A stretch of DNA of 64,000 bases from Pseudomonadota bacterium. GTDB taxonomy: Bacteria; Pseudomonadota; Alphaproteobacteria; Rhodobacterales; Rhodobacteraceae. Position 1 is the stretch's first letter. Each line of letters opens with the position of its first letter. This document shows positions 9,300 through 26,621 of the stretch, piece by piece. Position numbers and translations under genes: made by a program. The notes below the pieces were generated by a model. The model did not search any database, was not told where the DNA came from, and saw only the letters and a list, made by a program, of their open reading frames with translations. The stretch spans positions 69,620-133,619 of the forward strand of contig JBCDLY010000007.1 in the NCBI GenBank assembly GCA_038744815.1, written 5' to 3'.

Positions 9300-10242
9300 G
9301 TATCAGAACATCTTTAACCAGTTCCAAGTCCAAGGGCCGGCGGAGTCGGGTCAGATCGAGGATGTGGATGCATCCAACCGGGTCGGCGAGGGACGCTTTG
9401 GCACCCTTTTGGGATGGTTCGGGAACGCGCAACTCGGACCAATCCACCTGGGACCGTTCGGCGTTGTCTCTTTGGTGACCGGTACGATTTGGTTCGTGAT
9501 GGTGGGCTTCAGCTATTGGGCCCAGGCGGGCTTCAATCCGGCTGTGTTCCTGCGGGACCTTTTCTGGTTCTCGTTGAACCCACCCACGGAAGAGTATGGT
9601 CTTGGCATGGCCCCACTGGATGAGGGAGGCATGTGGCTGATCGCATCCTTCTTCTTGCTAATCTCGGTGATGGCCTGGTGGGCGCGGTGTTGGTTCCGCG
9701 CTGAAGAGCTCGGCATGGGCAAGCATATCTTCTGGGCGTTCGGCTCTGCGATTTGGTTGTTCTTGGTTCTCGGTCTGATCCGGCCGCTCTTTATGGGCAG
9801 CTGGGCGGAAGCGGTGCCATATGGGATCTTCAGTCACTTGGATTGGACGAACCTCTTCAGCCTGACCTACGGAAACCTGTTCTACAATCCGTTCCACGCG
9901 CTCTCGATTGTGTTCCTCTACGGATCGACACTCCTCTTTGCGATGCATGGGGCAACGATCCTTGCTGTGGCGCGATTGGGCGGTGACCGAGAAATTGACC
10001 AAATCCTCGATCGTGGGACGGCGTCTGAACGCGCGGGCCTCTTCTGGCGGTGGACCATGGGCTTTAACGCGACAATGGAGGGTATCCACCGTTGGGCATG
10101 GTGGTTTGCGGTCCTGACCACACTGACAGGTGGCATCGGAATTTTGTTGACAGGAACGGTTGTCGAAAACTGGTTGGAGTGGGCGATCATCCACAACTAC
10201 GCACCAGAAAACGATGACTACGGATACGTGTATCCAGGTTAA
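9292..10242 (+). CDS. pufM: photosynthetic reaction centre M subunit
   Basis: [16 protein letters not shown]... is the canonical RC-M N-terminus. GGAGG lies upstream. The ATG at 9292 overlaps the pufL stop. The track start at 9271 adds 7 aa. Confidence 0.96.
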   Translation: MAEYQNIFNQFQVQGPAESGQIEDVDASNRVGEGRFGTLLGWFGNAQLGPIHLGPFGVVSLVTGTIWFVMVGFSYWAQAGFNPAVFLRDLFWFSLNPPTEEYGLGMAPLDEGGMWLIASFFLLISVMAWWARCWFRAEELGMGKHIFWAFGSAIWLFLVLGLIRPLFMGSWAEAVPYGIFSHLDWTNLFSLTYGNLFYNPFHALSIVFLYGSTLLFAMHGATILAVARLGGDREIDQILDRGTASERAGLFWRWTMGFNATMEGIHRWAWWFAVLTTLTGGIGILLTGTVVENWLEWAIIHNYAPENDDYGYVYPG

Positions 10243-10257
10243 GAAAGGAGCTGACCC

Positions 10258-10467
10258 ATGATGATGAAAAAGCCTGATGGCGATGTTCAAACGAAATTCA
10301 CGGCAGGGGAAATCTTTTCCTACATGGCCCAAGGCGCGTTTTACGCCGCGCTGGTGCTGACAGCCGCTGCGGGTTTCGTGATTTTCTTCTGGGTGATTGG
10401 ACGCTTGCTCCCACCGGAAGAGGCCTATTTCTCGATGCTGGATACAGCAACAACGTTACTGGCCTAA
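10258..10467 (+). CDS. pufX: PufX-like single-TM RC-LH1 subunit
   Basis: A 69-aa ORF with AAGGAG 8 nt upstream and one central TM helix. YMAQGAF and [13 protein letters not shown] resemble recalled Rhodobacter PufX segments (QMAYGAF; FFRVVGRMLP). The gene order pufM-pufX-dxs matches Rhodobacter. Confidence 0.65.
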   Translation: MMMKKPDGDVQTKFTAGEIFSYMAQGAFYAALVLTAAAGFVIFFWVIGRLLPPEEAYFSMLDTATTLLA

Positions 10468-10476
10468 CGAACGAAA

Positions 10477-10522
10477 GGCGGCCCAGATCAACCTGGGCCG
10501 CCGTTCCCGTCTTGAAACGGGA
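10477..10522 (+). terminator. Double stem-loop at the puf operon 3' end
   Basis: GGCGGCCCAG(atcaac)CTGGGCCGCC lies at 10477-10502 and has a perfect 10-bp stem. TCCCGT(cttgaa)ACGGGA follows at 10505-10522. There is no strong T-tract, so read-through into dxs is plausible. Confidence 0.65.
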
Positions 10523-10579
10523 GGGGATGATGTCGCATCTCTCTTGCGGCGGTGGCCGCGAAAGCTACAGATGAGGGTT

Positions 10580-12517
10580 ATGGAGAAGAGACCGATGCCC
10601 AATACACCGCTTCTAGACCGCGTGAATGATCCCGCTGATTTGCGGGGCATGTCAAATAGCGAGCTGCGCCGTGTCGCGGATGAACTCCGATCGGAGGTGA
10701 TCGACGCGGTGAGCCAAACAGGCGGCCATCTGGGGTCGAGCCTTGGTGTCATTGAACTCACCGTGGCGCTCCATGCGGTGTTCAATACGCCTTATGATAA
10801 ATTGGTCTGGGATGTGGGGCACCAATGCTACCCCCATAAGGTGATCACGGGGCGTCGTGACCGGATCCGCACGCTGCGCCAAAAAGACGGTCTGAGCGGT
10901 TTCACCAAACGCGCCGAAAGCGAATACGATCCGTTTGGCGCGGCACATAGTTCCACGTCTATTTCTGCGGCGCTGGGTTTTACTATGGGCAAAGAGCTCG
11001 GCCAACCCACCGGTGATGCGATTGCGGTGATCGGCGATGGATCGATCAGTGCGGGGATGGCCTATGAGGCGATGAACAATGCGGGTCATGAAAACCGGCG
11101 CATGTTTGTCATCTTGAATGACAATGAGATGTCGATTGCCCCGCCCGTGGGCGCCATGTCCCGCTATCTGTCCAAACTTTATACGGATAGCCCGCTTTTT
11201 ACATTGAAAGATATGGCGGAAGGATTGGTTGATGCGCTTCCGGCACCGTTCCGGGATGGGGCCCGGCGCGCCCAATCTTTGGTGACCGGAATGGTTGGCA
11301 CTGGAACTCTGTTCGACGCGCTCGGTTTCACATATCTCGGTCCGATTGATGGCCATGATATGGATGAGCTTCTTGCGGTTCTTCGAACGGCAAAGACGCG
11401 GGCGACGACACCCACATTGATTCATATTCGGACGGTCAAAGGCAAAGGGTATGCCCCGGCAGAGGCCTCTGGCGATTGCTATCATGGTGTGGCCAAATTT
11501 GATGTGGCCTCGGGGGCACAAGCCAAGGCGAAGAAGAACGCGCCGAGCTATACCACGGTCTTTGGGTCAAGCCTTGTGGACCTCGCCCGAGACGATGACA
11601 GAATTGTTGCGATAACAGCGGCGATGCCGTCGGGCACGGGTGTCAACCTAATGGAAGAGGCGTTTCCAAAACGCACCTTTGACGTGGGTATCGCCGAACA
11701 ACATGCGGTGACCTTTGCAGGTGCCCTCGCGGCCAGCGGGCTCCGTCCTTTTTGCGCGATCTATTCAACCTTCCTACAGCGCGCCTATGATCAGGTTGTT
11801 CATGATATTGCGCTGCAAAACCTTCCCGTACGCTTTCCGATCGATCGTGCCGGGCTGGTTGGGGCCGATGGCCCAACCCACGCAGGAGCATTCGATGTAG
11901 CCTATCTTGCCACGCTTCCGAACATGGTTGTTATGGCCGCAAGTGATGAGGCTGAGCTCAAACATATGGTGGCGACGGCGGCGGCTTATGACGACGGGCC
12001 AATTGCGTTCCGCTTCCCCCGCGGAGAGGGCACGGGTGTCGACCTTCCGGATCAAGGAGAGGTTTTGGACATTGGGAAAGGCCGGATCGTCCATGACGGG
12101 TCCGAAGTTGCATTCTTGTCTTTCGGAGCGCGGCTTGAAGAGGTGAAAGCCGCTGCGGCGATCTTAAAGGGCGACGGTATAGACGCGACCATCGCAGATG
12201 CCCGGTTTGCAAAACCCTTAGATCAAGATCTGATCCGCGATCTAGCAAAACGCCATCGGGTTCTCATTACAGTCGAAGAAGGCGCGCGGGGCGGGTTCGG
12301 CGCGCATGTCCTTCATTTCATGGCGGAAGATGGGCTCTTAGACACTGGCGTTAAGGTGCGAACGATGACCCTGCCGGACCAGTATATCGATCAGGCGAGC
12401 CCGAATGACATGTATGCAAAGGCCGGTCTCACGGCGGGCGACATGGTCGCGCTTGTGCGCGATCTGCACGGGATCGCATCTGATAGGGTCTCCGCCCCCC
12501 TCAAAGTGGTTGATTAA
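10580..12517 (+). CDS. dxs: 1-deoxy-D-xylulose-5-phosphate synthase
   Basis: [32 protein letters not shown] and [15 protein letters not shown] are characteristic Dxs/TPP motifs. The start is uncertain among ATGs at 10571, 10580 and 10595. The track start at 10397 overlaps pufX and is unlikely. Confidence 0.93.
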   Translation: MEKRPMPNTPLLDRVNDPADLRGMSNSELRRVADELRSEVIDAVSQTGGHLGSSLGVIELTVALHAVFNTPYDKLVWDVGHQCYPHKVITGRRDRIRTLRQKDGLSGFTKRAESEYDPFGAAHSSTSISAALGFTMGKELGQPTGDAIAVIGDGSISAGMAYEAMNNAGHENRRMFVILNDNEMSIAPPVGAMSRYLSKLYTDSPLFTLKDMAEGLVDALPAPFRDGARRAQSLVTGMVGTGTLFDALGFTYLGPIDGHDMDELLAVLRTAKTRATTPTLIHIRTVKGKGYAPAEASGDCYHGVAKFDVASGAQAKAKKNAPSYTTVFGSSLVDLARDDDRIVAITAAMPSGTGVNLMEEAFPKRTFDVGIAEQHAVTFAGALAASGLRPFCAIYSTFLQRAYDQVVHDIALQNLPVRFPIDRAGLVGADGPTHAGAFDVAYLATLPNMVVMAASDEAELKHMVATAAAYDDGPIAFRFPRGEGTGVDLPDQGEVLDIGKGRIVHDGSEVAFLSFGARLEEVKAAAAILKGDGIDATIADARFAKPLDQDLIRDLAKRHRVLITVEEGARGGFGAHVLHFMAEDGLLDTGVKVRTMTLPDQYIDQASPNDMYAKAGLTAGDMVALVRDLHGIASDRVSAPLKVVD

Positions 12518-12521
12518 AGGA

Positions 12522-13049
12522 TCACACCTCGGCTGGGGTGAAGATCAGATCAAAAAACTGATCAACATAGATCCGCAACCAAGGCGTGAAACGGCCGGGA
12601 TTTGACTTCACCTGATCGCGAAGAGCATCGATCGGGACCCATTCCACGGCTTCAACTTCGTCTGGATTGAACGGTACAGATGCAGCCTGGTCCCCTTTTG
12701 CGACGAACATATCGACAACTTCGTGTTCGGTGAGCCCACCGCCAACATCGGCGCGGTATTCTACCGTATCGCGATATTCGATGGATAGGTTTACCAAACC
12801 AAGCTCTTCCTCAAGGCGGCGATGCGCGCAGATGGTGCTGTCTTCTTCCCAGTAAGGATGGGTGCAACAGGCATTGGCCCATAAGCCGGGCGTGTGGTAT
12901 TTTCCAAGTGCGCGCTGCTGCAAAAGAGTGTGCCCGCTAGCCACCACGAACACTGAAATGGCGCGGTGCTTCAGGCCCCTTTTATGCGCTTCGAGTTTTT
13001 CAACGGGTGTGAGAATGCCGTTTACCCAGGTCGGGATCATCACCGTCAT
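12522..13049 (-). CDS. idi: isopentenyl-diphosphate delta-isomerase, type 1 (Nudix)
   Basis: HRAISVFVV..., NACCTHP and EELG motifs. The protein is 175 aa. It lies downstream of bchP, like orf176/idi in the Rhodobacter PGC. Confidence 0.88.
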   Translation of the reverse strand: MTVMIPTWVNGILTPVEKLEAHKRGLKHRAISVFVVASGHTLLQQRALGKYHTPGLWANACCTHPYWEEDSTICAHRRLEEELGLVNLSIEYRDTVEYRADVGGGLTEHEVVDMFVAKGDQAASVPFNPDEVEAVEWVPIDALRDQVKSNPGRFTPWLRIYVDQFFDLIFTPAEV

Positions 13050-14227
13050 GTGCGGGTCGGGGCCACAATCCCCGTGAGATGGGCCATGTTCTTAAACATG
13101 ATTTTCAAATGCGCCATCGGCCGCGCAGCCACGAGTTTTTTGTTCATATAGGCTTCAAAAGTCAGGCGTTGGACATCCACATCATGACAGAGCGACACGA
13201 ACCGTTCGCGCCGGTCGTCCGACTTATAGTATGCATCTTGCATTGCGCCGAGCACCCGAAACACCGTTTTGTGCTCCTTCATGAAGAACTTCCGTGCCAA
13301 TTGAAGATCGCGGGCTCGTCCACTTGCGAGGCATGCAGAGACAGCCCGTGCTGCGAATTCCCCGCCCACCATCGCATAGTAGATGCCCTCTCCAGAAGAA
13401 GGGGCGACCACCCCCGCAGCGTCCCCCGCCAAGACAACATCGCGCCCGTTATCCCACCGATCCAACGGTTTTAACGGGATCGGTGCGCCTTCCTTTCGAA
13501 CGGTCGTGCAATCGGAGAGACCTGACGCGTCGCGCAGGTCGGCAGTCGCGGCCTTAAGATCGATTCCATCTATCCCGGTGCCCATGCCGACGCTTGCCTT
13601 ATTGCCGTGCGGGAACACCCAGCCATAGAAATCCGGGCTGATTGCACCATCATAGATCACGTCGCAGCGGTTTGGATCATAGCCGCCGACTTTTCCCGGG
13701 GCCTCGATGATTTCATGATAGGCGATGACATAGGGGATGGTTTCTCCGCCCGGCACTTCTGCACGTGCGACGTCGGAGCGTGCGCCATCGGCACCAATGA
13801 TCAGCTGTGTCGTGAGAGCCCTGGTCTCCCCGCTCGATTTTTCTCGGAAATGAACATGCGTTCCGTCACCGTCCCGGGTGATTTTTGTGAACGTGCCGGT
13901 GTATCTATCTGCGCCTGCATCCTTCGCCCGTTCGCGGAGATATTCGTCGAAATCTTCGCGATCAACCATCCCAACAAATCCGTTCTCGATTGGAATATCG
14001 ACGCTCCGCGAGGTCGGCGAGATCATTCGAGCCGTCGTGATCTTTGCAACGAGGAGCGTGTCTGGAATGTTGAAGTCTTGGATCAATCGTGGGGGAACTG
14101 CACCGCCGCATGGTTTGATCCGTCCCATACGGTCAATAAACGCCACCTTATGCCCTTCACGGGCCAAGTGCTCGGCCGCTGTCGCGCCAGACGGCCCGCC
14201 TCCGACAACTATTACATCGTAAGTCAT
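13046..14227 (-). CDS. bchP: geranylgeranyl-bacteriochlorophyll reductase
   Basis: MTYDVIVVGGGPSGATAAEHLAREGHKV is an FAD Rossmann N-terminus. The protein is 393 aa, and the order is bchG-pucC-like-bchP. Confidence 0.9.
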   Translation of the reverse strand: MTYDVIVVGGGPSGATAAEHLAREGHKVAFIDRMGRIKPCGGAVPPRLIQDFNIPDTLLVAKITTARMISPTSRSVDIPIENGFVGMVDREDFDEYLRERAKDAGADRYTGTFTKITRDGDGTHVHFREKSSGETRALTTQLIIGADGARSDVARAEVPGGETIPYVIAYHEIIEAPGKVGGYDPNRCDVIYDGAISPDFYGWVFPHGNKASVGMGTGIDGIDLKAATADLRDASGLSDCTTVRKEGAPIPLKPLDRWDNGRDVVLAGDAAGVVAPSSGEGIYYAMVGGEFAARAVSACLASGRARDLQLARKFFMKEHKTVFRVLGAMQDAYYKSDDRRERFVSLCHDVDVQRLTFEAYMNKKLVAARPMAHLKIMFKNMAHLTGIVAPTRT

Positions 14228-15480
14228 ACTGCTTCTCCTGTTTGGAGCTGTGAAGAATGGTTCTCGCCTAAAAGTCGGGCGGCAACTAATGCTGCGAAGA
14301 GGAACAAGATGGCTTCTGCCCCAAAGACGACGCCATAGGCCGCTTCAACCGGAAGTATGAGACGCGCAAGATCGACAGTGCCAGTTGCAATCAATCCGGC
14401 AATGCCGGCCGCGATCGCTTGGGCAGCACCGAAGACGCCCATGCGGAGACCTGTGGCGCCCTTCTGTTCGGTCGCAAGACGCATCATCGATCCTATTGCG
14501 CCAACAACGAACAGCCCGTTTCCAAATCCAAGCACCACAGTGAAGGGCAACAGGGGAAGTGTGGCTGCAAGCCCGGCCAGTCCGATGGCGGATATAATGC
14601 ACCCTAGGAATGCCCAAGACCGCAAAGATCCCAAACCCCATGCGGACAGGCCACCAGCGAAGAGCATTCCAACAAGGGCTGCCCCATCTTTACCGCCGCT
14701 CAACTGAGTGGATTGATCGGGGCTGAGCCCATGCACATGCCCGGCAAAGGGTTCGAGGATCAGCTCGCTGAGATAGAAGGCAAGGATCGAAAGAAAGACG
14801 AAACCCGTGAATGCCTTTGCAGCTGGATCGGACCAAGTCGCCGAAAGGGCCGCCATTAGATTTGGTCGTTCGGTGGGCGCAGCTGTCTGTGGTGTCATAT
14901 CCCGTTCGATGCGAAACGTTGCCACGATCGCCAGGCCGAAGGCAAAGAGTGCGACGGCCGGGACAACCAGCATAAGGCGATCTGGCGAGTATGGTTTGAG
15001 CGCAGCGCCAGCACCAACGGATGCCAGGATGGCCCCAAGAATGAGCATCAACCAAGCAATTGTTGCGGCTGCCCCTTTCTGATCGTCCGGCGAGACGGTG
15101 GCCAGGAGCGCCAAGAATGATGTGCCGGCTGCTCCAATTCCAAAGCCAATAAAGGAATAGCCGACGATCCAGATTGTAATCGCGACCGACGTGGAGGGCG
15201 CATATGCGATGGCCCATGCGGTTAATACGAGCCCAAAACCAACCGCCGCAACGCCCCCAAGAATGAAAGGCGTGCGCCCACCTTTTGTATCTGATCTGTG
15301 GCCCCAAACCGGTCGAGAGAGTTGAACGGCGTAATGAAGCGCAACCAAAAAACCGGGTAAGATTGCGGGGAGGGCAAGTTCAACGGTCATAAGGCGATTG
15401 AACAAGTTTACAGGCAGTGCAGACATGCCCCCGATGGCCATATTGACGAGGCATAGACGCGCGATATGACCCCATCCCAT
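14224..15480 (-). CDS. PucC/LhaA-family MFS protein (BCD family) of the bchG-bchP block
   Basis: A polytopic membrane protein with RLMTVELALPA and RPVWGHRSD motifs like those of LhaA at 27304. I prefer the ATG at 15480, which shares a base with the bchG stop (TGATG). It is equivalent to Rhodobacter orf428. Confidence 0.85.
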   Translation of the reverse strand: MGWGHIARLCLVNMAIGGMSALPVNLFNRLMTVELALPAILPGFLVALHYAVQLSRPVWGHRSDTKGGRTPFILGGVAAVGFGLVLTAWAIAYAPSTSVAITIWIVGYSFIGFGIGAAGTSFLALLATVSPDDQKGAAATIAWLMLILGAILASVGAGAALKPYSPDRLMLVVPAVALFAFGLAIVATFRIERDMTPQTAAPTERPNLMAALSATWSDPAAKAFTGFVFLSILAFYLSELILEPFAGHVHGLSPDQSTQLSGGKDGAALVGMLFAGGLSAWGLGSLRSWAFLGCIISAIGLAGLAATLPLLPFTVVLGFGNGLFVVGAIGSMMRLATEQKGATGLRMGVFGAAQAIAAGIAGLIATGTVDLARLILPVEAAYGVVFGAEAILFLFAALVAARLLGENHSSQLQTGEAV

Positions 15481-16379
15481 CACGCAATCCCCCGCAATGC
15501 AAAGGCCGCCACCATCATGCCGAGCACATAAAAAAGAACACCGGTCCCATTGTACCAAGGCGCTTTAGACCTTGGATCCTTGAACATCACCGACATTGCC
15601 CAAAACTGTGCGATTAAAAGGCCGGCGATGGCCGCTGCAAAAATCGGTTTCCCTAGAAAGAGAAGAAATGCGATTACGCCTAGCTGGGGTATCGTCATTC
15701 CGACACAGGCAATCTGAGCGGCGCGTCGTGGCCCGTAGACGACCGGCAAGGATCGCAGCCCGGTCGCGCGATCTCCCTCTAGTGCCTTAAAGTCGTTCAA
15801 AGTCATGATCCCATGCGCGCCAAGCGCATAGAGCGCGGCGACCACAATAATCTCCCAACGGGGAAGCCCCGCCGCCATGACCGCGGCGCCGGTGAACCAG
15901 GGCAGCCCTTCATAACACAGCCCGACCAGTCCCGGCCCCCACCATCCAGACCGCTTCATGCGTATGGGTTCTGCCGAGTAAGCCCAGGCCGCAGCCACTG
16001 CGAATATCGTTGCAACAAATCCCCAGACGCCCAGGGCAGCCCCAACGCCGATAGCGAGTGCCGACATCGAAAGTGCGATCCAGAGGCCCCACAAACCTGG
16101 AATACGGCCCGATGGAATGGGACGATTGGGCTCGTTGATTGCATCCACATGGCGGTCGCACCAATCATTGGCAGCCTGGCTCATGCCGCACACGATTGGG
16201 CCCGCAAGAATGACACCAAGAACAAACACCCCGGAGCGGTCCGCCAACGGCACCCCAGACGAGATGACGCCACAGGCGTAAGCCCACATTGGAGGAAACC
16301 AGGTGATCGGCTTAATCAGCTCAAGCGCTGACGCGACATCCGGTCTCCCCGCCAGATGTTGATCAGACGATACAGTCAT
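15480..16379 (-). CDS. bchG: bacteriochlorophyll a synthase
   Basis: The UbiA prenyltransferase fold is indicated by ALELIKPITWFPPMWAYACG and NDWCDRHVDAINEPNRPIPSG. The protein is 299 aa. Confidence 0.93.
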   Translation of the reverse strand: MTVSSDQHLAGRPDVASALELIKPITWFPPMWAYACGVISSGVPLADRSGVFVLGVILAGPIVCGMSQAANDWCDRHVDAINEPNRPIPSGRIPGLWGLWIALSMSALAIGVGAALGVWGFVATIFAVAAAWAYSAEPIRMKRSGWWGPGLVGLCYEGLPWFTGAAVMAAGLPRWEIIVVAALYALGAHGIMTLNDFKALEGDRATGLRSLPVVYGPRRAAQIACVGMTIPQLGVIAFLLFLGKPIFAAAIAGLLIAQFWAMSVMFKDPRSKAPWYNGTGVLFYVLGMMVAAFALRGIA

Positions 16380-16381
16380 AG

Positions 16382-16399
16382 TGTCTATTCAATATGACA
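16382..16399. promoter_or_regulatory. PpsR/CrtJ-type operator immediately upstream of the bchG start codon
   Basis: TGTCTATTCAATATGACA has exact N12 spacing and an AT-rich core. It ends 2 nt from the bchG ATG (16379-16377). Confidence 0.65.
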
Positions 16400-16465
16400 C
16401 TATCGAGTCTGTCCAGTGTTTGATCCGCTTGTCTCGCTTTGCCGTGTTACCGCGTCGTGACAACG

Positions 16466-17857
16466 TTACTCATCGTCAGATTTTCCAATCAAACCGTATT
16501 TCCGCAGCTTCACGTAAAGGGATTGGCGGGACAGGCTGAGCATCTCTGCCGCTGCGAAACGATTGTTCTTGGTCAGCTTTATGGCGGTCTCAATACAGAT
16601 TTTTTCGATAACATCTGTTGTTTGAGATACGATATCCTTCAAGGATACTTTCCCGACCAATTCTGCAACGCTGTCGGGATCGTTCAGCGGCATGCCCTCT
16701 GACAGGTCCAGTGTTGACGTTAAGCGAAGCGAAATACCGTATGAGATTTGATCCTGCCCAACGATGCGTGCGGCCGAAAGCATGACTGGCACCTTCGTAT
16801 CAAACCCGGTTTGAATGCTGGTCTCGTAGGCTTGTACCGTTCCAAATTCGGTGATCGTCTCTCTGAGGACGGACCAATCGACATTTCCTCTGCTGAGAAT
16901 CTCACTCATCGGTAGACCAATCACGTCGGAGACTTGCGCCTTTTCGAGCAATGAAAGGGCTGACGGATTAGCCGCTTGAATGTTCCCGGAACTATCCAAA
17001 AGAATGGCGGCATCTGGTGTCGCGGATGTAAAGAGCGACCAAGGTTCTTGAACGGTCGCGCCCGGTTCAGTTGATATGTGAACCAAGGCCACCAAGTCAT
17101 TGGCCGTCCGAAAGCGTTCTGCCGAAATGGCCGCTTCTGTTCCGTTTGGAAGCAAGGCTTTGATCGGGTCCGAGTGATGTCTTTCGCTCGACAGTAATGT
17201 GTCCAAAGTCGCGCCAAAGTCGCCGAGAATGCGACCAAAGGGTTTGTCTAATGCGTCCTTGGCCGTTGTGCCAAAGAGCGTCGCTGCGGCGTCAGTGATG
17301 TCTAAGATACGACCAGATCGCTCCGATAGATATAGAAAACAATCCTGGGTCCGAGACTTCAAAACGCGATAAAGTGTGTTGCGTTCCCGATCGTTCCGAT
17401 GCTCGGTCTCAAGCGCGTGTTGCGTGCGCACCAATGCCTGCTGCGCGTCGGAGATGGCCGTCAAATCCTGACCAAGCATAAGAACGGTTTCGTCTTCTTT
17501 TACTTTCACAAATCTGTACCGCACGGGCATCTCGAACCCGGTGCTGTCCAGATGGTTGAGCTCCATCGGTGGCAGGTCGAGTGTACCACTCTCGCTCATC
17601 TTTTGTGCAGCGGCCATCGCGCGATCCAACTTCACTTGGCTTTCGGCGGTGATTACCGTGCTGATGTGATGGCCTACCCAATCGGACAATCCGTGCGAGC
17701 GACTGTTACTCGCGTTTAGGACGGCAGCTTGTATGGTCCCGTCTTGGCGAAGAGAAATCGTCACATCCGTTGCCGTTCTCAAGACTGCGGACAGAACATC
17801 AAATGCGTCCACCGCCTCCGCGGGAATGAGCCTTAGGGATGCACCATCAGGCGTCAT
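16466..17857 (-). CDS. ppsR: photosynthesis gene repressor PpsR/CrtJ
   Basis: A 463-aa protein with PAS-rich sequence and the C-terminal Fis-type HTH NNRFAAAEMLSLSRQSLYVKLRKYGL. It is flanked by bchG and ppaA, and it shares an ATGA overlap with ppaA. Confidence 0.92.
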   Translation of the reverse strand: MTPDGASLRLIPAEAVDAFDVLSAVLRTATDVTISLRQDGTIQAAVLNASNSRSHGLSDWVGHHISTVITAESQVKLDRAMAAAQKMSESGTLDLPPMELNHLDSTGFEMPVRYRFVKVKEDETVLMLGQDLTAISDAQQALVRTQHALETEHRNDRERNTLYRVLKSRTQDCFLYLSERSGRILDITDAAATLFGTTAKDALDKPFGRILGDFGATLDTLLSSERHHSDPIKALLPNGTEAAISAERFRTANDLVALVHISTEPGATVQEPWSLFTSATPDAAILLDSSGNIQAANPSALSLLEKAQVSDVIGLPMSEILSRGNVDWSVLRETITEFGTVQAYETSIQTGFDTKVPVMLSAARIVGQDQISYGISLRLTSTLDLSEGMPLNDPDSVAELVGKVSLKDIVSQTTDVIEKICIETAIKLTKNNRFAAAEMLSLSRQSLYVKLRKYGLIGKSDDE

Positions 17858-18678
17858 GACCGCGACCTCGTGTTTTCTTCTTGTTGCGACAGCCCAATAT
17901 GGTCGTGGTCCACTGATATGCCGCTAAATGACAATGCTTCGGTTAACTCGTTTGTGACCATGTCAATCCCGTCGGGCATTTTGATCCCCTGGTGTGCGAC
18001 GTAGCCCCCAAGAAGTACCGGCATGTAGGGCGCGGCAGTTTTTATCTCTGCTGCAATCTTACTTGTTACCGCAAAATCATCGCTCCGAGATTGAGAAATG
18101 AAGACCGTATCAAACGTGGCCACGTCAAATCGACCGAGAACATCTTCCGGAGTGACATCTGATGCGCGTTCTGCGTAATGCCCAAGAAAAGATATTCGTT
18201 TCTGAAGAATGGCCGCGCTCAGGACATGTTGTTCATGTGCTGGCGTTAAGACAAGGACGCGCCCCGCGGACCCATTCAGTTTAGACGACGTAGACGGGCT
18301 CGAAGCGACAATATCTTGAAGCCGAGAGGCGCTGATGCTGACATCAACCCAGTTTCTGCGATCTTCGACCCAATCGATCCCGAGTTGTTCAGCTATCTTA
18401 GGCACAAACTCTGACACAACGGTTTCAATCGAATGACCATTTTTCGTCAAAGCGTCGATGGCAGCCGCCAGATCCGCATGCTTCGGAGATAAGCTGCTTC
18501 TAATGAGGCCTTCGATAACACTCGGATCGAACATCCTAGCCAAACCAATCTGCCGTAGAGCTTCATTCGCCAAATAGGAAATTCCTGTCGGCAGCCCGGC
18601 CGTGGTCGACTTACTCAGTGCAGATATATCGTTAGACATCGACACTTCCTTGGTTTTGCTCAGTGGAGCGCATCTCAT
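17854..18678 (-). CDS. ppaA: cobalamin-binding antirepressor PpaA/AerR
   Basis: It lies immediately upstream of ppsR. It has a B12-binding-domain-like C-terminal half (VLVLTPAHEQHVLSAAIL..., PVLLGG). An alternative start at 18639 (MSNDIS...) is preceded by AAGGAAG. Confidence 0.75.
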   Translation of the reverse strand: MRCAPLSKTKEVSMSNDISALSKSTTAGLPTGISYLANEALRQIGLARMFDPSVIEGLIRSSLSPKHADLAAAIDALTKNGHSIETVVSEFVPKIAEQLGIDWVEDRRNWVDVSISASRLQDIVASSPSTSSKLNGSAGRVLVLTPAHEQHVLSAAILQKRISFLGHYAERASDVTPEDVLGRFDVATFDTVFISQSRSDDFAVTSKIAAEIKTAAPYMPVLLGGYVAHQGIKMPDGIDMVTNELTEALSFSGISVDHDHIGLSQQEENTRSRS

Positions 18679-18812
18679 GCATATCTCCGTGTAGCAGAAA
18701 GCGAGGCTAATGCACAGGAATACAATTCTAACCCTAAATTAGCTCGAATTCTGAGGGATCAAGGGTATTTGTCTCATTTTGTTGACGATTGCGCGTCCCA
18801 AGCACCGATTAG

Positions 18813-18830
18813 TGTAAGTTTGAATTGACA
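18813..18830. promoter_or_regulatory. PpsR/CrtJ-type operator in the ppaA/bchF divergent region
   Basis: TGTAAGTTTGAATTGACA has exact N12 spacing and lies 34 nt upstream of the bchF ATG at 18864. A degenerate partner TGTCTCATTTTGTTGACG (18770-18787) ends in ACG rather than ACA. Confidence 0.7.
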
Positions 18831-18863
18831 CTTTTGGCCTCAATAGCGTCTATTGAGGGTACT

Positions 18864-26620
<7,757 letters not shown>

Positions 26621-26621
<1 letters not shown>

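Noticed and set aside
10397-10579. Long N-terminal extensions implied by ORF-track starts. Examples are dxs from 10397, urtA from 51681, hemA from 32757, glpD from 39331, hyuA from 42477, hyuB from 44566, puhA from 28655, bchN from 19271 and the pseudoazurin from 33994.
   Set aside because: The extensions overlap upstream genes or intergenic operators and lack homology to the family N-termini. Internal ATG or GTG codons with good Shine-Dalgarno sequences reproduce the canonical N-termini.
16445-16462. A further exact TGT-N12-ACA (TGTTACCGCGTCGTGACA), 3 nt after the ppsR stop.
   Set aside because: The GC-rich interior is unlike the AT-rich cores of the other sites. The motif is expected by chance roughly once per 4 kb. 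I mention it only as a possible partner of the 16382-16399 site and do not call it a feature.
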